A stretch of 64,000 nucleotides of DNA from Atribacterota bacterium (GTDB lineage: Bacteria; Atribacterota; Phoenicimicrobiia; Phoenicimicrobiales; Stramentimicrobiaceae), in assembly GCA_040767965.1 (NCBI GenBank), contig JAXGNR010000004.1, positions 448,001 through 512,000 on the forward strand, written 5' to 3'. How positions within the stretch are numbered: the stretch's first letter is position 1; each line of letters starts with the position of its first letter. The translations under genes were made by a program, and so were the position numbers. Positions 29,671-42,927 of the stretch are shown here, one piece after another. The notes beneath the pieces were generated by a model. It saw only the letters and a list, made by a program, of their open reading frames with translations. It was not told where the DNA came from and did not search any database.

Positions 29671-30207
29671 TTGCCAATTAAAAAAGAAGAAAAAGTTGCC
29701 GCTGTAAAAGAATTATGTGAAGAGTTTGAAAAATCTTCAGGTGTTGTTTTAACTGACTATAAAGGACTAAATGTTCCTGCAATAAATCAAATTCGAAGTA
29801 ATTTGAGAGAGCAAAACATAAAGTATAAAGTGTATAAAAATACTCTAATTAAAATAGCAGCTAAAGAAAAAGGCTTTGAGGAATTCAGCCAAGATCTTTC
29901 TGGTTGTACTGCTATTGCTTTTTCTGAAAACGAGCCTATTCTGGTTGTAAAAATATTAAATCAATTTTTGCAACAAAATAAAGAAAATTTCAAGCTTAAA
30001 AAAGCATTAATTGAAGGAAAAGTTTTTTATAGTGAACAATTAGACAGAATTGCAAATCTGCCTTCTAAGGAAGAATTATTAGCTAAAATGTTAGGCAATA
30101 TGAAATCTCCAATAAGTTCATTTGTTTTTGTATTAAAAGCACCAATTTATGGTTTGGTAAATGTATTAGATCAGATAAGAAAAAGTAAATTAGAAAATGA
30201 ACAATAA
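29671..30207 (+). CDS. rplJ: 50S ribosomal protein L10
   Basis: DYKGLNV, VYKNTL, LPSKEELLA. Confidence 0.96.
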   Translation: MPIKKEEKVAAVKELCEEFEKSSGVVLTDYKGLNVPAINQIRSNLREQNIKYKVYKNTLIKIAAKEKGFEEFSQDLSGCTAIAFSENEPILVVKILNQFLQQNKENFKLKKALIEGKVFYSEQLDRIANLPSKEELLAKMLGNMKSPISSFVFVLKAPIYGLVNVLDQIRKSKLENEQ

Positions 30208-30259
30208 ATAAACAAATAAAGATTTTAATTACTACAAATAAAGAGAGGAGGTGAAAAAA

Positions 30260-30667
30260 TTGGTAGATAAAAACGAAGAAGTTACAACAGATGTTGTTAA
30301 TGAAATAATGGAAAAAGTAGAAAAACTAACAGTTTTGGAATTAGCTGATTTAGTCAAAGCATTGGAAGATAAATTTGGTGTTAGCGCAGCTGCTCCGGTA
30401 GCTGTACAAGCAGCCGCTCCTGCGCAAGGAGGTAGCGGACAAGCAGAAGAAGAACAAACCGAATTTGATGTAATTCTTAAAGACGTAGGTGCAAACAAAA
30501 TAAAAGTTATAAAAGAGGTAAGAGCTGCCACCGGGTTAGGCTTAAAAGAATCAAAAGAACTAGTAGAAGGAGCACCTAAACCTGTTAAAGAAAAAATAGA
30601 AAAGAAAGATGCTGATGAGCTTAAAGAAAAATTAGAAGCAGTAGGCGCTACTGTTGAAATAAAATAG
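30260..30667 (+). CDS. rplL: 50S ribosomal protein L7/L12
   Basis: [35 protein letters not shown]; TTG start after GGAGGTG. Confidence 0.98.
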   Translation: MVDKNEEVTTDVVNEIMEKVEKLTVLELADLVKALEDKFGVSAAAPVAVQAAAPAQGGSGQAEEEQTEFDVILKDVGANKIKVIKEVRAATGLGLKESKELVEGAPKPVKEKIEKKDADELKEKLEAVGATVEIK

Positions 30668-30793
30668 AAAATATTAATAATTGTTTGTCATGTATTTGTC
30701 AATTAATTATTATAAAAATTAATGATAAATAAAAAAATATTGTTAAAGTTAAAGAAGATACCAATAATAATTGAAATATTATGAGGTATCTTC

Positions 30794-30822
30794 TTGACTT
30801 TATATATTTATAATGTTATAAT
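30794..30822 (+). promoter_or_regulatory. rpoBC promoter
   Basis: TTGACT-N17-TATAAT with extended -10 TG; overlaps the 3' arm of a hairpin at 30745-30801. Confidence 0.7.
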
Positions 30823-30861
30823 TTTCCCTTGCATATATAATAAAAAAGGTTGGTGTTTAAA

Positions 30862-33800
30862 GTGCAGAATAATAAAGTAAAAATATTAGATTATTCAAGA
30901 ATTAAAAGTTTTATCGAGCCACCTAACTTCCTCGAAATACAAAAAGAATCATATCGTAAATTTTTACAAGATAATATCCCTATAGAAAAAAGAAAAAATA
31001 TTGGATTGCATAAAGTATTTAAAGATGTTTTTCCTATTCAGGATTTTACAGGAAACCTTGTTCTTGATTATATCCATTATACAATTAAAGAAAACAAATA
31101 TTCTCCTCTTGAATGCTGGGAAAGAGGTAGCACTTTTTCTGCTCCTCTGGAAGTGAGAATAAGTTTAGTTAATAAAAAGACCGGTGAAATTAAAGAACAA
31201 GATGTTTTCATGGGTGAAATCCCGTTAATGACTGATAGCGGAAGTTTTATTATAAATGGAGCGGAGAGGGTTATAGTAAACCAACTTATTCGCTCACCTG
31301 GCATCTATTATGGTAGCGAAGAGTATGCAGGAAATAAAACATTATATAATTATAGAATTATCCCAAATCGAGGTTCATGGCTTGAATTTGGATTTGATAG
31401 TAATAATATGATATTTGTGCGTATCGATAAAAAAAGGAAAATAGCTGCTACTGCTCTTTTAAGAGCTCTCGGCTATGAAAGAAATGAAGATATTTTAGAA
31501 TTATTTGATAATAATGAAATAATTCAAGAAACTTTAGCCAAAGATAGTTCTCATAATAAAAGAGAGGCACTAATTGAGATTTTTAGAAAGTTAAGACCAA
31601 GTGAACCACCAACTGATAGAAATACCAGACAATTATTGGATAGATTATTATTTGATACAAAAAGATATGATCTGGCTGATGTAGGAAGATATAAAGTAAA
31701 TCAAAAATTGTCTATTCAAAATAGAATACTTGACAGGACAACTTCCAAAGCAGTGATAGATCCTGTTACCGGCAAACAGATTGTGAAGAAGAATGTTAAT
31801 ATAACACCGAAAATTGCTGAACAAATCAAAGAATCAAATACTAATAAAATCTATGTTTATAATGATGATGATGAGGAAATAGCTATTTATAATGAGAAGG
31901 ACATCACAACTGTTGCTGTGATTGATCATGAAGAGGGTATTGTTGATGAAAAAAATATTGGACTTCACTTATTAGAAGATATTATCGATCAGCAATCAGG
32001 TGAAATTATAGCCCAATCCAATCAAATTTTAGATAAAGAATTATTACAAAAAATCAGCGAAGTAAAACCTGAAATATTAGTAAGAAAAGGGAATGCTTTG
32101 TGCAGAGATGATATAATTGCCTCTCTGAGATATTTAGTTAATCTTTATGATGGAATCGGCAGCATTGATGATATTGATCATTTGGGCAATAGAAGAGTAA
32201 AAACAGTCGGAGATTTGTTGCTTGATCAATTTTATATAGGGCTGGTTAGAATGGAAAGAGTTATTAAAGAAAGAATGACTATTCAACCGGATCTTTCAGC
32301 AGTAACACCTCAAGCCTTGATAAATATTAGACCGTTAGTTGCATCCATAAAGCAGTTCTTTGGAAGTAGTCAGCTTTCTCAGTTTATGGATCAAACAAAT
32401 CCTTTATCAGAAATAACACACAAAAGAAGATTATCTGCCCTTGGGCCAGGAGGATTGACAAGGGAAAGAGCAGGATTTGAAGTACGAGATGTGCATTATA
32501 GCCACTATGGCCGTATTTGCCCTATTGAAACCCCTGAAGGTCCTAATATAGGATTAATTGGATCTTTAAGTATTTATGGTAGAGTAAATGATTATGGTTT
32601 TATTGAAACACCTTATATAAAAGTAGAAAATGGAAAAATTACTGATAAATTGGTTTATCTTACTGCAGACGAAGAAGATCAATATAAGATAGCACAGATA
32701 AATGTTCAATTAGATGAGAATAAAAAAATTATTCAAGATGAAGTTCCATGCAGATATAGGGATGATTATTTGACTGTTACCCCTAAAGAAGTTGATTTTA
32801 TTGATGTGGCTCCTAATCAGATGACCAGTATATCAGCAAGTCTTATTCCTTTTTTGGAACACGATGATGCCAATAGAGCTTTAATGGGAACTAATATGCA
32901 GAGGCAATCAGTGCCACTAATCAGAACGGAAATGCCGCTAGTTATGACTGGTATGGAAGACAGGGTAGCACGAGATTCTGGTACAATTATTTTATCAGAA
33001 AATAGTGGAATTGTTAAAAAAGTGACTGGTGAAAAAATTGTGATCAAAAGTGACGATGGAGACATTAAAGAGTATTTTTTGAAAAAATTTCACCGTTCAA
33101 ACCAGGGCACTTGCGTAAATCAGGTTCCCACAGTTGAGGAAGGTGAGAAAGTAGATAAATACGCTCCGATAGCAGATGGGCCGAATACTTCAAAAGGAGC
33201 CCTTTCTTTGGGAAGAAATGTTTTAGTGGCTTACATGGCGTGGGAAGGATATAATTTTGAAGATGCTATAGTTATCAGTGAAAAATTAGTACAAGAAGAC
33301 ACTTTTACCTCTATTCACATTAGTGAACATGAATGCGATGCTAGGGATACGAAATTAGGCCCTGAAGAAATTACTTCTGATATTCCCAATATAGGTGAAA
33401 ATAATTTAGCAAATCTGGATGAGGATGGAGTTATTAGGATTGGGACAGAAGTTGAATCTGGTGATATTCTGGTGGGGAAAGTTACTCCAAAAGGTGAAAC
33501 AGAACTAGGACCTGAAGAGCGTCTGCTAAGGGCTATTTTTGGGGAAAAAGCAAGAGAAGTAAGAGATACCTCTTTGAGAGTTCCCCATGGAGATAAGGGA
33601 AAAGTTATAGATGTAAAGGTTTTTTCCAGAGAGAATGGAGATGAGATACCTCCTGGGGTAAATAAGATGGTGCGAGTATTTATTGCCCAGAAAAGAAAAA
33701 TATCTGAAGGTGATAAAATCTCAGGACGTCATGGAAATAAAGGCGTTATTGCAAAAATACTGCCTGCGAATGATATGCCGTATTTGCCGAACGGAACCCC

Positions 33801-34467
33801 TATTGATATTATTTTAAATCCACTGGGAGTTCCTTCCAGGATGAATGTTGGACAGATTCTTGAAGTACATCTTGGATGGATTGCAAAAGAATTAGGATTA
33901 AATATAGTTACTCCGGTATTCAACGGAGCTACAGAAGAAGATATTTCAAAAGCTTTATCCGATGCTGGATTACCTGCTGATGGTAAAACTGTTTTATATG
34001 ACGGAAGAACCGGTTTGCCATTCGAGCAAAAGGTTACAGTTGGATATAGTTATATTTTGAAATTAATTCATCTGGTAGATGACAAAATACATGCCAGATC
34101 TACAGGCCCTTACTCTTTGGTGACACAACAACCACTGGGTGGAAAAGCTCAGTTTGGAGGGCAAAGATTTGGTGAAATGGAAGTTTGGGCATTGGAAGGA
34201 TACGGCGCAGCATACAATTTACAAGAAATGCTTACTGTTAAATCAGATGATGTATCCGGAAGAATTAAAACATATGAATCTATAGTAAAAGGTGAAAATA
34301 TTCCTGTTCCAGGAATACCAGAATCTTTTAAGGTGTTAATCAGGGAACTCAGAAGCCTTTGTTTAAATGTAAAAGTCTTAGATCATAATGGTAAAGAGAT
34401 TGAAATAAAAGAAGATATTGATGTAAAAGAAAAATTAGATCAAGATTTCTTGAATAATCTTGGTTAA
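30862..34467 (+). CDS. rpoB: DNA-directed RNA polymerase subunit beta (start GTG 30862 or TTG 30850)
   Basis: [40 protein letters not shown]. Confidence 0.99.
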   Translation: MQNNKVKILDYSRIKSFIEPPNFLEIQKESYRKFLQDNIPIEKRKNIGLHKVFKDVFPIQDFTGNLVLDYIHYTIKENKYSPLECWERGSTFSAPLEVRISLVNKKTGEIKEQDVFMGEIPLMTDSGSFIINGAERVIVNQLIRSPGIYYGSEEYAGNKTLYNYRIIPNRGSWLEFGFDSNNMIFVRIDKKRKIAATALLRALGYERNEDILELFDNNEIIQETLAKDSSHNKREALIEIFRKLRPSEPPTDRNTRQLLDRLLFDTKRYDLADVGRYKVNQKLSIQNRILDRTTSKAVIDPVTGKQIVKKNVNITPKIAEQIKESNTNKIYVYNDDDEEIAIYNEKDITTVAVIDHEEGIVDEKNIGLHLLEDIIDQQSGEIIAQSNQILDKELLQKISEVKPEILVRKGNALCRDDIIASLRYLVNLYDGIGSIDDIDHLGNRRVKTVGDLLLDQFYIGLVRMERVIKERMTIQPDLSAVTPQALINIRPLVASIKQFFGSSQLSQFMDQTNPLSEITHKRRLSALGPGGLTRERAGFEVRDVHYSHYGRICPIETPEGPNIGLIGSLSIYGRVNDYGFIETPYIKVENGKITDKLVYLTADEEDQYKIAQINVQLDENKKIIQDEVPCRYRDDYLTVTPKEVDFIDVAPNQMTSISASLIPFLEHDDANRALMGTNMQRQSVPLIRTEMPLVMTGMEDRVARDSGTIILSENSGIVKKVTGEKIVIKSDDGDIKEYFLKKFHRSNQGTCVNQVPTVEEGEKVDKYAPIADGPNTSKGALSLGRNVLVAYMAWEGYNFEDAIVISEKLVQEDTFTSIHISEHECDARDTKLGPEEITSDIPNIGENNLANLDEDGVIRIGTEVESGDILVGKVTPKGETELGPEERLLRAIFGEKAREVRDTSLRVPHGDKGKVIDVKVFSRENGDEIPPGVNKMVRVFIAQKRKISEGDKISGRHGNKGVIAKILPANDMPYLPNGTPIDIILNPLGVPSRMNVGQILEVHLGWIAKELGLNIVTPVFNGATEEDISKALSDAGLPADGKTVLYDGRTGLPFEQKVTVGYSYILKLIHLVDDKIHARSTGPYSLVTQQPLGGKAQFGGQRFGEMEVWALEGYGAAYNLQEMLTVKSDDVSGRIKTYESIVKGENIPVPGIPESFKVLIRELRSLCLNVKVLDHNGKEIEIKEDIDVKEKLDQDFLNNLG

Positions 34468-34547
34468 TAAATAGAAATAACATTCCTTATGTTTGATAAA
34501 ACAATTTCTTTTGCGCTTAATTTATATATAGTGGGGAGGTAATTTAT

Positions 34548-37500
34548 TTGGAAATCCCAGAAAGAATTAATGCTATTGCTATTGGATTAGCTTCAAATGA
34601 AGAAATAAGAAAATGGTCTTATGGAGAAGTAAAAAAACCAGAAACCATAAACTATAGAACTCTAAAACCTGAAAAGGATGGCTTGTTTTGTGAGCGTATA
34701 TTTGGTCCAGTAAAAGACTGGGAATGCAGTTGCGGAAAATATAAGAGAATTAGATATAAAGGTGTTATTTGTGACCGTTGTGGAGTTGAGGTCACAAAAT
34801 CTATTACCCGAAGAGAAAGAATGGGACATATAGAATTGGCTTGTCCGGTTTCTCATGTTTGGTATTTTAAGGGTATACCAAGCCCGTTAGCTTTGCTGTT
34901 AAACATTTCTCCACGTAATTTAGAAAAAGTTCTCTATTTTGCTCCTGATAGAAGAAGGGAACAGCTTTATGGAGTTAAAAAAAGAGAAGATGGAAACTAT
35001 TTTGTTAGCGATGTTATCTTAGAAACAGAATATAAAATTCATCAAACATATAACAGTGATTTTAATGCTGAACCAATATATAGAGTTAGCCAAACAAAAA
35101 TATTCCCGTACAAAGTAGGAGATACAATAAATGAAGAGAAGCTTACAGAACTACAGGAAAAGTTTGGAAAAATATTTTTTAATGTTGAACATGTATTGCC
35201 TGAAGGGTTTGATAATTTTGAAGATGGTATAAATGACGATTTTCAGATAGATGATGAAAATGATGAGATAGAAAAAAATGAACATGCTGAACACAATGAA
35301 GATATTAGTTTACCGGAAAATGATGAAAATTATAAGTTACCAGAAGAAATAAGCTATAAGATCGTTGAAATCGATGGGTTGATAACTGAAAGCAAGCTTT
35401 CTTTGATATTAGAAACCAATCCTGATCTTTCTAAAAGAACAACTATGGCTAAACAGACCATGGAAGAATCTTGTTATGTAGTAATAACCCCTGGTAAGAC
35501 AAATCTAAAAACTGGTGATATTATTCTGGAAACAGAACAGAGATTATATTCTCACTATGACCCAGAGTTTAAAGCGGGAATCGGCGCAGAAGCAATAAAA
35601 AATCTTTTAAAAGATATTAATCTTGATTCTCTTAATCTGGAAATTAGAGAAGAATTAAAACGTTCTACTGGCCAAAAAGCCAAAAAAATGATTAAAAGAT
35701 TGCAAATAGTAGAAGCCTTCAGGAAGAGCAATTGCAGACCTGAGTGGATGATTATGGACGTTTTACCAGTAATACCACCAGATTTAAGACCAATGGTGCA
35801 ACTTGAAGGAGGTAGATTTGCTACCTCAGATTTAAATGATCTTTACCGTAGGGTTATCAATCGCAATAATCGATTAAAAAGATTACTTGAATTGGGAGCG
35901 CCTGATATTATTATTAAAAATGAAAAAAGAATGCTGCAAGAGGCTGTAGATGCCCTTATTGACAATGGGCGAAGAGGTCATGCAGTTCTGGGAGCAGGAA
36001 ATCGACCTTTAAAATCTTTAAGCGATTTACTGGAAGGGAAAAAAGGCAGATTTAGACAAAATTTACTTGGGAAAAGAGTTGATTATTCAGGTCGTTCAGT
36101 AATTGTTTCTGGACCAAAATTAAAATTACATCAATGTGGTTTACCTAAAAAAATGGCCCTTGAATTATTTAAGCCTTTTGTTATGCATTATTTGGTGAAA
36201 AGAGAATTGGCTCATAATATCAAGACTGCTAAAAAACTTGTTGAACAAGAAGCTCCAGAGGTCTGGAGTATTTTAGAGGAGATTATCGAGGACCATCCTG
36301 TTTTATTAAATAGAGCACCAACCCTTCATAGGCTTGGAATTCAGGCATTCAAGCCTGTTCTTGTAGAGGGGAATGCTATTCAATTACATCCACTGTCCTG
36401 TCCAGCATTTAATGCTGATTTTGATGGTGACCAGATGGCAGTGCATGTACCGCTTTCTACTGAAGCACAAACAGAAGCAGAAACATTAATGCTCTCTGCT
36501 AATAACATACTGTCTCCTGCCAACGGGGCTCCTATCGCATTGCCGGCACAGGACATAGTTTTAGGTTGCTACTATTTGACAATGAAAGAAAAAGGACAAA
36601 AAGGAGAAGGTAAAATATTTTCCAGACCTGAAGAAGCAATTAGGGCGCAAGAAGATGGTTATATTGACTTTCACACCAAAATAAAAGTCCGAGTAAAAGG
36701 GAAACTGGAAGAAACAACGGCTGGAAGAGTAATATTTAATGAAGTACTTCCTGCTGAAATGAATTTTGTTGACTTGACAATTACAAAGAAATCTTTAGCA
36801 AAAATTATATCTTATATTTATAGACATTTTGGCCAGGATATTGCAGTCAAATGTCTTGATGACATTAAAGAACTCGGGTTTCATTTTGCAACTATTTCAG
36901 GCATATCTATAGGGGTCGTTGATCTGGAAATACCTTCTGAAAAGGACAAGATAGTAGAAGAAGCTGAAGAAAAAGTTGCAAAAATAAAAGAACAGTTTAA
37001 TTATGGTTTGATAATGGACGAAGAAAGGGAAGAAAAAATAATTACTGCCTGGACTGATGCAGCCAATAATGTTGTTAGCGCAATATTAGATAATCTTAGT
37101 AATTTTAACCCACTCTTTATGATGGCTGATTCCGGTGCTCGTGGTAGCAGAAGACAGATCGGTCAGTTGGCTGGAATGAGAGGGCTGATGGCAGATCCGT
37201 CAGGTAAAATCATAGAATTCCCAATTAGATCCAACTTCAGAGAAGGACTGTCCTGCCTGGAATATTTTATTTCAACACATGGGGCAAGAAAAGGTCTTGC
37301 CGATACAGCATTAAGAACTTCTAAGTCAGGATATTTAACAAGAAGATTAGTTGATGTTGCTCAGGATGTGATTATAAGAGAAATCGATTGTGGGACTACT
37401 GATGGCATTATAGTAGATGATATTGAAGAAGATGGCAACATTATAGAGAAGTTAGAGGAAAGAATTGTTGGTAGAGTTTCCCAGGAAGATATAGTTAACC

Positions 37501-39659
37501 CAGACAATGGTGAAATTATTGTACAGCGTGGTGATATGATTGATGAAAAAATTGCCAAGAAAGTTAATGATTCAGGAATTAAAAAGGTAAAAATAAGATC
37601 ACCGTTAACTTGCGTTTCCAAACAAGGAATATGCGCAAAATGTTATGGGAAAGATGTTGCTACCGGGAAAATGGTTACTATTGGAGAAGCAGTAGGAACT
37701 ATTGCAGCACAATCCATAGGTGAGCCAGGAACTCAGCTGACGTTAAGAACTTTCCATACTGGAGGAATAAAGATTACCGGTGAAGATATCACTCTTGGTT
37801 TACCAAGAATCGAACAATTGTTTGAAGTAAGAAAACCCAAAAAGCAAGCTGTGATAAGTGAAATAAACGGATTTGTGGAACATTTAAAAAATGATCAGGG
37901 AGATATCAGGAAAGAGGTTTCAATAAAACCAGAATCCGATAATTCTATTACAAAAAATAAGGACAATAAAAAGAAAACTTATAGTATCCCGGACGATTTG
38001 CGTATTATTGTTGAAGAGGGACAAAAAATAAAAGCAGGGCAAAGATTAACCACTGGTTTTGTTGATCCTAATGATATATTAAGAATTCAGGGAATTAAAG
38101 CAGTACAAGAATATTTATTAGAACAGGTTCAAGAAGTATATCGATCCCAGGGTGTTACTATCGATGATAAGCATATTGAGGTTATTGTCAGGCAAATAGC
38201 CAGATTAAACAAAATATATGTTAGGTCATCAAGAGATTCTGATTTATTGTCAGGGGAATTAGTTTATGTCTCTGACTTTGAAAAAGCTAATAAAGTGGTT
38301 GCAAGGGAAAATGATGAAATCCGGAATAAAAACAGGGAGTTACTTTTAAACAAACAATTAATATCAACTCTTGCCAGCAGCAAAGGTGACCCGATAGTAG
38401 AAAAGGGCTCTATTGTTGATGAAAATATTATCAGAAAAATAGAAAATACAGATTGTCAACCTTTCAATATCCTTGAATCAGAAGGAAAAACAAATACAAT
38501 AATTCAAGGAGAAATGAATTTTATTGAAAGAATTAAAAATTACATTTTTATAAAAGCATTGACCTCAAATGGAAGCAAAAGCATTATTGAAGACAATCAA
38601 GGAAATAAAAAGATTGATATAGATGGAATGATTGGCAAACCTATTTCTAAAGAAATGGCAATAGGATTAATAAATATTGGAATTAATAAGCTTCGGATTG
38701 GTAAGTCTGACGAAGTTGAAAAACTAAAAGGAAATATGCTTGCAGAAGATTTGGTAATAAATAAAGAAAAAGACGAAGTAATTATTCCTGCAAATAAAGT
38801 GTTAAATGAAGAGGATGTAAAGAAAATTGTCGAATACCAGTTTGAAAATATAAAAATATGGGACAATATAAAAGAAGTTAACATTAAAGAAAATCTTATC
38901 AGTTTTATAAAAGAAGATGTAATTGGTAAAAATTTGGGAGAAGAGTTAAAAGATCCAGAGTCAGACAATATTATCGCAGATAAGGCTCAACCTCTAAGCA
39001 AAAATATAATAAGAAAAGCTTATTCTGCAGGTATTAGCGATATTCCTTTGGAAGACGGACGCTTTTTTTCTCTAGAAGGTAGAGCATTAGAGCATTTTTA
39101 TCAAAACTTAGTAGGAAAGACTGTTGCTCAGGATATAGCCGATAAAAAAACAAAAGAAATTTTAATTCCTGCAGGAGAAAAAATAACGAAAGAAAATGCC
39201 AATATATTGTTCCTGCAAAATATTGAAACTTTAAAATATCGCAGCGATAGCAGTGTTGAAAAAAATGTATCACTTATTGAAACAATTGGATATTTAAGGA
39301 GAATAAAGCTACCAGCTATTGGCATGCCAATAATTCAAGGAATAACTCAGGCTTCTCTTTCTACAGAAAGTTTCTTGTCTGCAGCATCTTTCCAAAGAAC
39401 AACGCATGTCTTAACAAATGCTTCTATTAAAGGGAAAATTGATCAGCTGTATGGATTAAAAGAAAATGTCATAATCGGTAATATTATCCCATCAGGCACA
39501 GGACTTCCTCATTACCGGGATGTTGAGATTACTTCAAGGTATGAAGAGGAATTGGAAAGAGAAGAACAAAAAAGAATAGAAGAAGAAAAAGAGAAAAATC
39601 ACGAATATAGTGCTATGACACAGAGTAATCCGGAAGAAAATCTTAATATTGAAGAGTAG
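34548..39659 (+). CDS. rpoC: DNA-directed RNA polymerase subunit beta' with two large insertions
   Basis: N-terminal Zn finger, [28 protein letters not shown]. Confidence 0.99.
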   Translation: MEIPERINAIAIGLASNEEIRKWSYGEVKKPETINYRTLKPEKDGLFCERIFGPVKDWECSCGKYKRIRYKGVICDRCGVEVTKSITRRERMGHIELACPVSHVWYFKGIPSPLALLLNISPRNLEKVLYFAPDRRREQLYGVKKREDGNYFVSDVILETEYKIHQTYNSDFNAEPIYRVSQTKIFPYKVGDTINEEKLTELQEKFGKIFFNVEHVLPEGFDNFEDGINDDFQIDDENDEIEKNEHAEHNEDISLPENDENYKLPEEISYKIVEIDGLITESKLSLILETNPDLSKRTTMAKQTMEESCYVVITPGKTNLKTGDIILETEQRLYSHYDPEFKAGIGAEAIKNLLKDINLDSLNLEIREELKRSTGQKAKKMIKRLQIVEAFRKSNCRPEWMIMDVLPVIPPDLRPMVQLEGGRFATSDLNDLYRRVINRNNRLKRLLELGAPDIIIKNEKRMLQEAVDALIDNGRRGHAVLGAGNRPLKSLSDLLEGKKGRFRQNLLGKRVDYSGRSVIVSGPKLKLHQCGLPKKMALELFKPFVMHYLVKRELAHNIKTAKKLVEQEAPEVWSILEEIIEDHPVLLNRAPTLHRLGIQAFKPVLVEGNAIQLHPLSCPAFNADFDGDQMAVHVPLSTEAQTEAETLMLSANNILSPANGAPIALPAQDIVLGCYYLTMKEKGQKGEGKIFSRPEEAIRAQEDGYIDFHTKIKVRVKGKLEETTAGRVIFNEVLPAEMNFVDLTITKKSLAKIISYIYRHFGQDIAVKCLDDIKELGFHFATISGISIGVVDLEIPSEKDKIVEEAEEKVAKIKEQFNYGLIMDEEREEKIITAWTDAANNVVSAILDNLSNFNPLFMMADSGARGSRRQIGQLAGMRGLMADPSGKIIEFPIRSNFREGLSCLEYFISTHGARKGLADTALRTSKSGYLTRRLVDVAQDVIIREIDCGTTDGIIVDDIEEDGNIIEKLEERIVGRVSQEDIVNPDNGEIIVQRGDMIDEKIAKKVNDSGIKKVKIRSPLTCVSKQGICAKCYGKDVATGKMVTIGEAVGTIAAQSIGEPGTQLTLRTFHTGGIKITGEDITLGLPRIEQLFEVRKPKKQAVISEINGFVEHLKNDQGDIRKEVSIKPESDNSITKNKDNKKKTYSIPDDLRIIVEEGQKIKAGQRLTTGFVDPNDILRIQGIKAVQEYLLEQVQEVYRSQGVTIDDKHIEVIVRQIARLNKIYVRSSRDSDLLSGELVYVSDFEKANKVVARENDEIRNKNRELLLNKQLISTLASSKGDPIVEKGSIVDENIIRKIENTDCQPFNILESEGKTNTIIQGEMNFIERIKNYIFIKALTSNGSKSIIEDNQGNKKIDIDGMIGKPISKEMAIGLINIGINKLRIGKSDEVEKLKGNMLAEDLVINKEKDEVIIPANKVLNEEDVKKIVEYQFENIKIWDNIKEVNIKENLISFIKEDVIGKNLGEELKDPESDNIIADKAQPLSKNIIRKAYSAGISDIPLEDGRFFSLEGRALEHFYQNLVGKTVAQDIADKKTKEILIPAGEKITKENANILFLQNIETLKYRSDSSVEKNVSLIETIGYLRRIKLPAIGMPIIQGITQASLSTESFLSAASFQRTTHVLTNASIKGKIDQLYGLKENVIIGNIIPSGTGLPHYRDVEITSRYEEELEREEQKRIEEEKEKNHEYSAMTQSNPEENLNIEE

Positions 39660-39728
39660 TATCCTGGGTAAGATATAAATTTATAAAATAGAAAAAGAAA
39701 TATACTATGTTTGTCTTTTAATTTTTTA

Positions 39729-39757
39729 TTGACATCACTTATCTATACTGATAAAAT
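39729..39757 (+). promoter_or_regulatory. str operon promoter
   Basis: TTGACA-N17-TAAAAT with TG extension. Confidence 0.75.
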
Positions 39758-39815
39758 GTTTAAGTATTTTGGGAGACAACATTTTTAAAAAAACAAAAAA
39801 GGTGGTCTTAGTAAA

Positions 39816-40190
39816 ATGCCAACAATTAATCAATTGGTAAGAAAACAAAGAAAAAATGCAACAAAAAAATCTGTTACACCAGCATTAAAAGGTTCACCTC
39901 TAAAGAGAGGTGTTTGTACTCGGGTATGGACAATGACCCCCAAAAAGCCTAATTCTGCTTTACGCAAAGTAGCAAGAGTTAGATTGACAAATAATATGGA
40001 GGTTACTGCTTATATACCTGGAATAGGTCATAACCTGCAAGAACATTCAATTGTTTTACTTAGAGGAGGTAGGGTTAAGGATTTACCTGGTGTTAGATAT
40101 CACATAGTTCGTGGAGTTATGGATACCACTGGTGTTGATGCTAGACAGCAAGGTCGATCTAAATACGGTGCTACCAAACCTAAAAAATAA
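39816..40190 (+). CDS. rpsL: 30S ribosomal protein S12
   Basis: [29 protein letters not shown]. Confidence 0.99.
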   Translation: MPTINQLVRKQRKNATKKSVTPALKGSPLKRGVCTRVWTMTPKKPNSALRKVARVRLTNNMEVTAYIPGIGHNLQEHSIVLLRGGRVKDLPGVRYHIVRGVMDTTGVDARQQGRSKYGATKPKK

Positions 40191-40255
40191 TAAATTTGAA
40201 ATTATAATTATGTGAAATAAGTTATTTATGAAAATATTTTATGAGGTGGATTGGT

Positions 40256-40726
40256 ATGTCTAGAAAAAGAAAAGCAAACAAAAATGAGATAATTGAAGAT
40301 CCTGTTTATAAAGACAAGAGGGTCAGTAAATTTATAAATCAAATAATGCTTGATGGTAAAAAGAGTGTTGCTAGAAGAGTATTTTATGATGCCATGGACA
40401 TAATTAGAGAAAAAACAAAGAAAGATTCTTTAGAAATTTTTAATCAAGCTATGGAAAATGTTATGCCCGTATTAGAAGTTAAATCCAGAAGAGTTGGTGG
40501 AGCAAGTTATCAAGTCCCTGTAGAAGTATCCCCTGAAAGAAGGGTTACTTTGGCGATGAGATGGATTATTTCTTTTAGTAGAAGCAAGACAGGAAGACCT
40601 TTTTCCGAAAGATTAGCAGCAGAATTACTTGATGCTTCACAGAGTACAGGTGTATCAGTTAAGAAAAAAGAAGACACTCATCGAATGGCCGAAGCAAATA
40701 AAGCATTTGCTCATTATAGATGGTGA
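40256..40726 (+). CDS. rpsG: 30S ribosomal protein S7
   Basis: [24 protein letters not shown]; ATG 40256 after GAGGTGG. Confidence 0.99.
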   Translation: MSRKRKANKNEIIEDPVYKDKRVSKFINQIMLDGKKSVARRVFYDAMDIIREKTKKDSLEIFNQAMENVMPVLEVKSRRVGGASYQVPVEVSPERRVTLAMRWIISFSRSKTGRPFSERLAAELLDASQSTGVSVKKKEDTHRMAEANKAFAHYRW

Positions 40727-40822
40727 TAAGGAATTGTTTACTATACAGATAATATATAGTAAACATAGTATAAATGTAAAAAATAATAATAATCTTGATT
40801 ATGGAACGGATGATTAAATTTT

Positions 40823-42892
40823 ATGACAAAAAATCTTGACTTGCAAAAAGTTAGAAATATTGGAATTATGGCTCATATTGATGCTGGCAAAACAACTGTT
40901 TCAGAACGTATACTTTTTTATACTGGTAGAGTGCATAGAATGGGGGAAGTACATGAAGGTTCTGCTACCATGGATTGGATGCCCCAAGAGAAAGAAAGAG
41001 GAATCACTATAAGTTCTGCAGTAACAACTTCTGTTTGGAAAGGTTACAGTATCAATATTATTGATACGCCCGGCCATGTAGACTTTACTGTAGAAGTAGA
41101 AAGATCTTTAAGAGTTCTGGATGGAGCAGTAGCGGTATTTTGTGCAGTTGCCGGCGTAGAGCCACAATCTGAAACTGTATGGCATCAAGCCGATAGATAT
41201 CATGTGCCTAGGGTAGTACTTATTAATAAAATGGATCGGGTCGGAGCGGATTTTTATGGTACCGTTAAAAGTATTGATAAAAAATTTCCTGTTGTTCCAC
41301 TTGTAATCCAAATACCCTGGGGCAGTGAGTCCAATTTTAAAGGGATCATTGATATCATAAAAATGGAAGCCTATTCATATATAGAAGATGATTCAGGTAC
41401 TACATATAAAACAGTAAAAATACCTGATGAATATCTGGAAGAAGCTGAAAATGCCAGAAAAAAATTGCTAGAAATGCTTACTGAAGAAGATGAACAATTC
41501 ATGGAGGATTATCTTTACGGTAATGATATTTCTATAGAAAGAATACATGAAATGATTAGAAAAGGGACTGTAAATAATCGTATTGTACCAATACTATGTG
41601 GTTCAGCCTTGAAAAATAAAGGAATACAATTATTATTAGATGCAGTTACCCTGTACTTACCATCACCACTGGAAGTATTGCCCGTAAAAGGTGAAAACCC
41701 GGTTAATGGTGAAGAAATTACCAGAAAAACTGATATAAACGAACCTTTGTCTTCTCTCGTTTTTAAAGTTGCAGCTGATCCTTTTTTTGGAAAATTAAGT
41801 TTTGTAAGAGTATATTCTGGTTCGCTGCAAAATGGTTCATATGTGTTAAATTCAACTCAGAATACTAGAGAAAGAATAAATAGGCTTGTCAAAATACATG
41901 CAGACCATAAAGAGCAAGTGGAAGAAATTACTGCTGGTAACCTTGGTGCAATTATAGGTTTAAAAAAAACAGGAACCGGTGATACTTTATGTGATGATAA
42001 ATATCCAATTGTACTAGAAAAAATGGAATTTCCAGAACCTGTCATATCTATTGCAATTGAGCCAAAAAGCCAAGTTGACAAAGATAAAATGGCCTTGGCT
42101 TTAGATAAATTGGCAGAAGAGGATCCTACCTTCAAGAGAAGTGTTAATAGAGATACTGGTCAAACCATAATATCCGGAATGGGAGAACTGCATTTAGAGA
42201 TAATAGTTGACAGATTATTAAGAGAATTTAAGGTTGAAGGGAATATTGGAGAACCACAAGTTGCCTTTAAAGAGACAATAAGGAAAAACGCAAGAGCACA
42301 AGGTAAATTTGTCAGGCAGAGTGGCGGAAGAGGCCAATATGGGGATGTTGTCATTGAAATAGAACCTTATAATGATGCTCCTTTTGAATTTGTTGATAAA
42401 ACTGTTGGTGGCAGCGTTCCTAAAGAATACATTCCTGCTGTTAAGCAGGGAATTGAAGAGGCAATGCTTTCTGGTATACTAGCCAGCTATCCGGTAACGA
42501 ATATAAGAGTAACTTTAATAGACGGTTCTTTTCATCCGGTAGATTCTTCCGAACTCGCATTTAGGATTGCTGCTTCAAAAGCATTAAAAGAGGCTTTAAA
42601 AGATGCTAGCCCTGTGCTTCTAGAGCCTATTGTTGAAATGGAAATAAGGACACCTGATGAATATTTAGGAGCAATTATAGGAGATCTAAATTCTAGAAGG
42701 GCAAAGGTAGAAGGAATAAAAGACAAGAAAAAAATACAAGGCAAAATAATAGTTGCCAATGTGCCATTACAGGAAGTATTTGGTTATGCAACTGGTCTTA
42801 GATCTATTTCACAAGGACGTGCAAATTATGTTATGCAATTTGCTTATTATGATATTGTTCCGGAAAATATAGCAAAAAATGTTGTTACATAA
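40823..42892 (+). CDS. fusA: Elongation factor G
   Basis: [31 protein letters not shown]. Confidence 0.99.
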   Translation: MTKNLDLQKVRNIGIMAHIDAGKTTVSERILFYTGRVHRMGEVHEGSATMDWMPQEKERGITISSAVTTSVWKGYSINIIDTPGHVDFTVEVERSLRVLDGAVAVFCAVAGVEPQSETVWHQADRYHVPRVVLINKMDRVGADFYGTVKSIDKKFPVVPLVIQIPWGSESNFKGIIDIIKMEAYSYIEDDSGTTYKTVKIPDEYLEEAENARKKLLEMLTEEDEQFMEDYLYGNDISIERIHEMIRKGTVNNRIVPILCGSALKNKGIQLLLDAVTLYLPSPLEVLPVKGENPVNGEEITRKTDINEPLSSLVFKVAADPFFGKLSFVRVYSGSLQNGSYVLNSTQNTRERINRLVKIHADHKEQVEEITAGNLGAIIGLKKTGTGDTLCDDKYPIVLEKMEFPEPVISIAIEPKSQVDKDKMALALDKLAEEDPTFKRSVNRDTGQTIISGMGELHLEIIVDRLLREFKVEGNIGEPQVAFKETIRKNARAQGKFVRQSGGRGQYGDVVIEIEPYNDAPFEFVDKTVGGSVPKEYIPAVKQGIEEAMLSGILASYPVTNIRVTLIDGSFHPVDSSELAFRIAASKALKEALKDASPVLLEPIVEMEIRTPDEYLGAIIGDLNSRRAKVEGIKDKKKIQGKIIVANVPLQEVFGYATGLRSISQGRANYVMQFAYYDIVPENIAKNVVT

Positions 42893-42927
42893 AAATAAAA
42901 TAAATAAAAGTTAAAGAAAATTGATTA

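Noticed and set aside
32341-32460. Intrinsic rifampicin-resistance substitutions in RpoB
   Set aside because: The cluster I sequence [22 protein letters not shown] retains the sensitive-type D, H and S residues
34944-39310. Inteins as the cause of the large RpoC
   Set aside because: No N-terminal Cys/Ser, His-Asn-Cys/Ser/Thr junction or LAGLIDADG motifs; the inserts are repeats of RNAP modules
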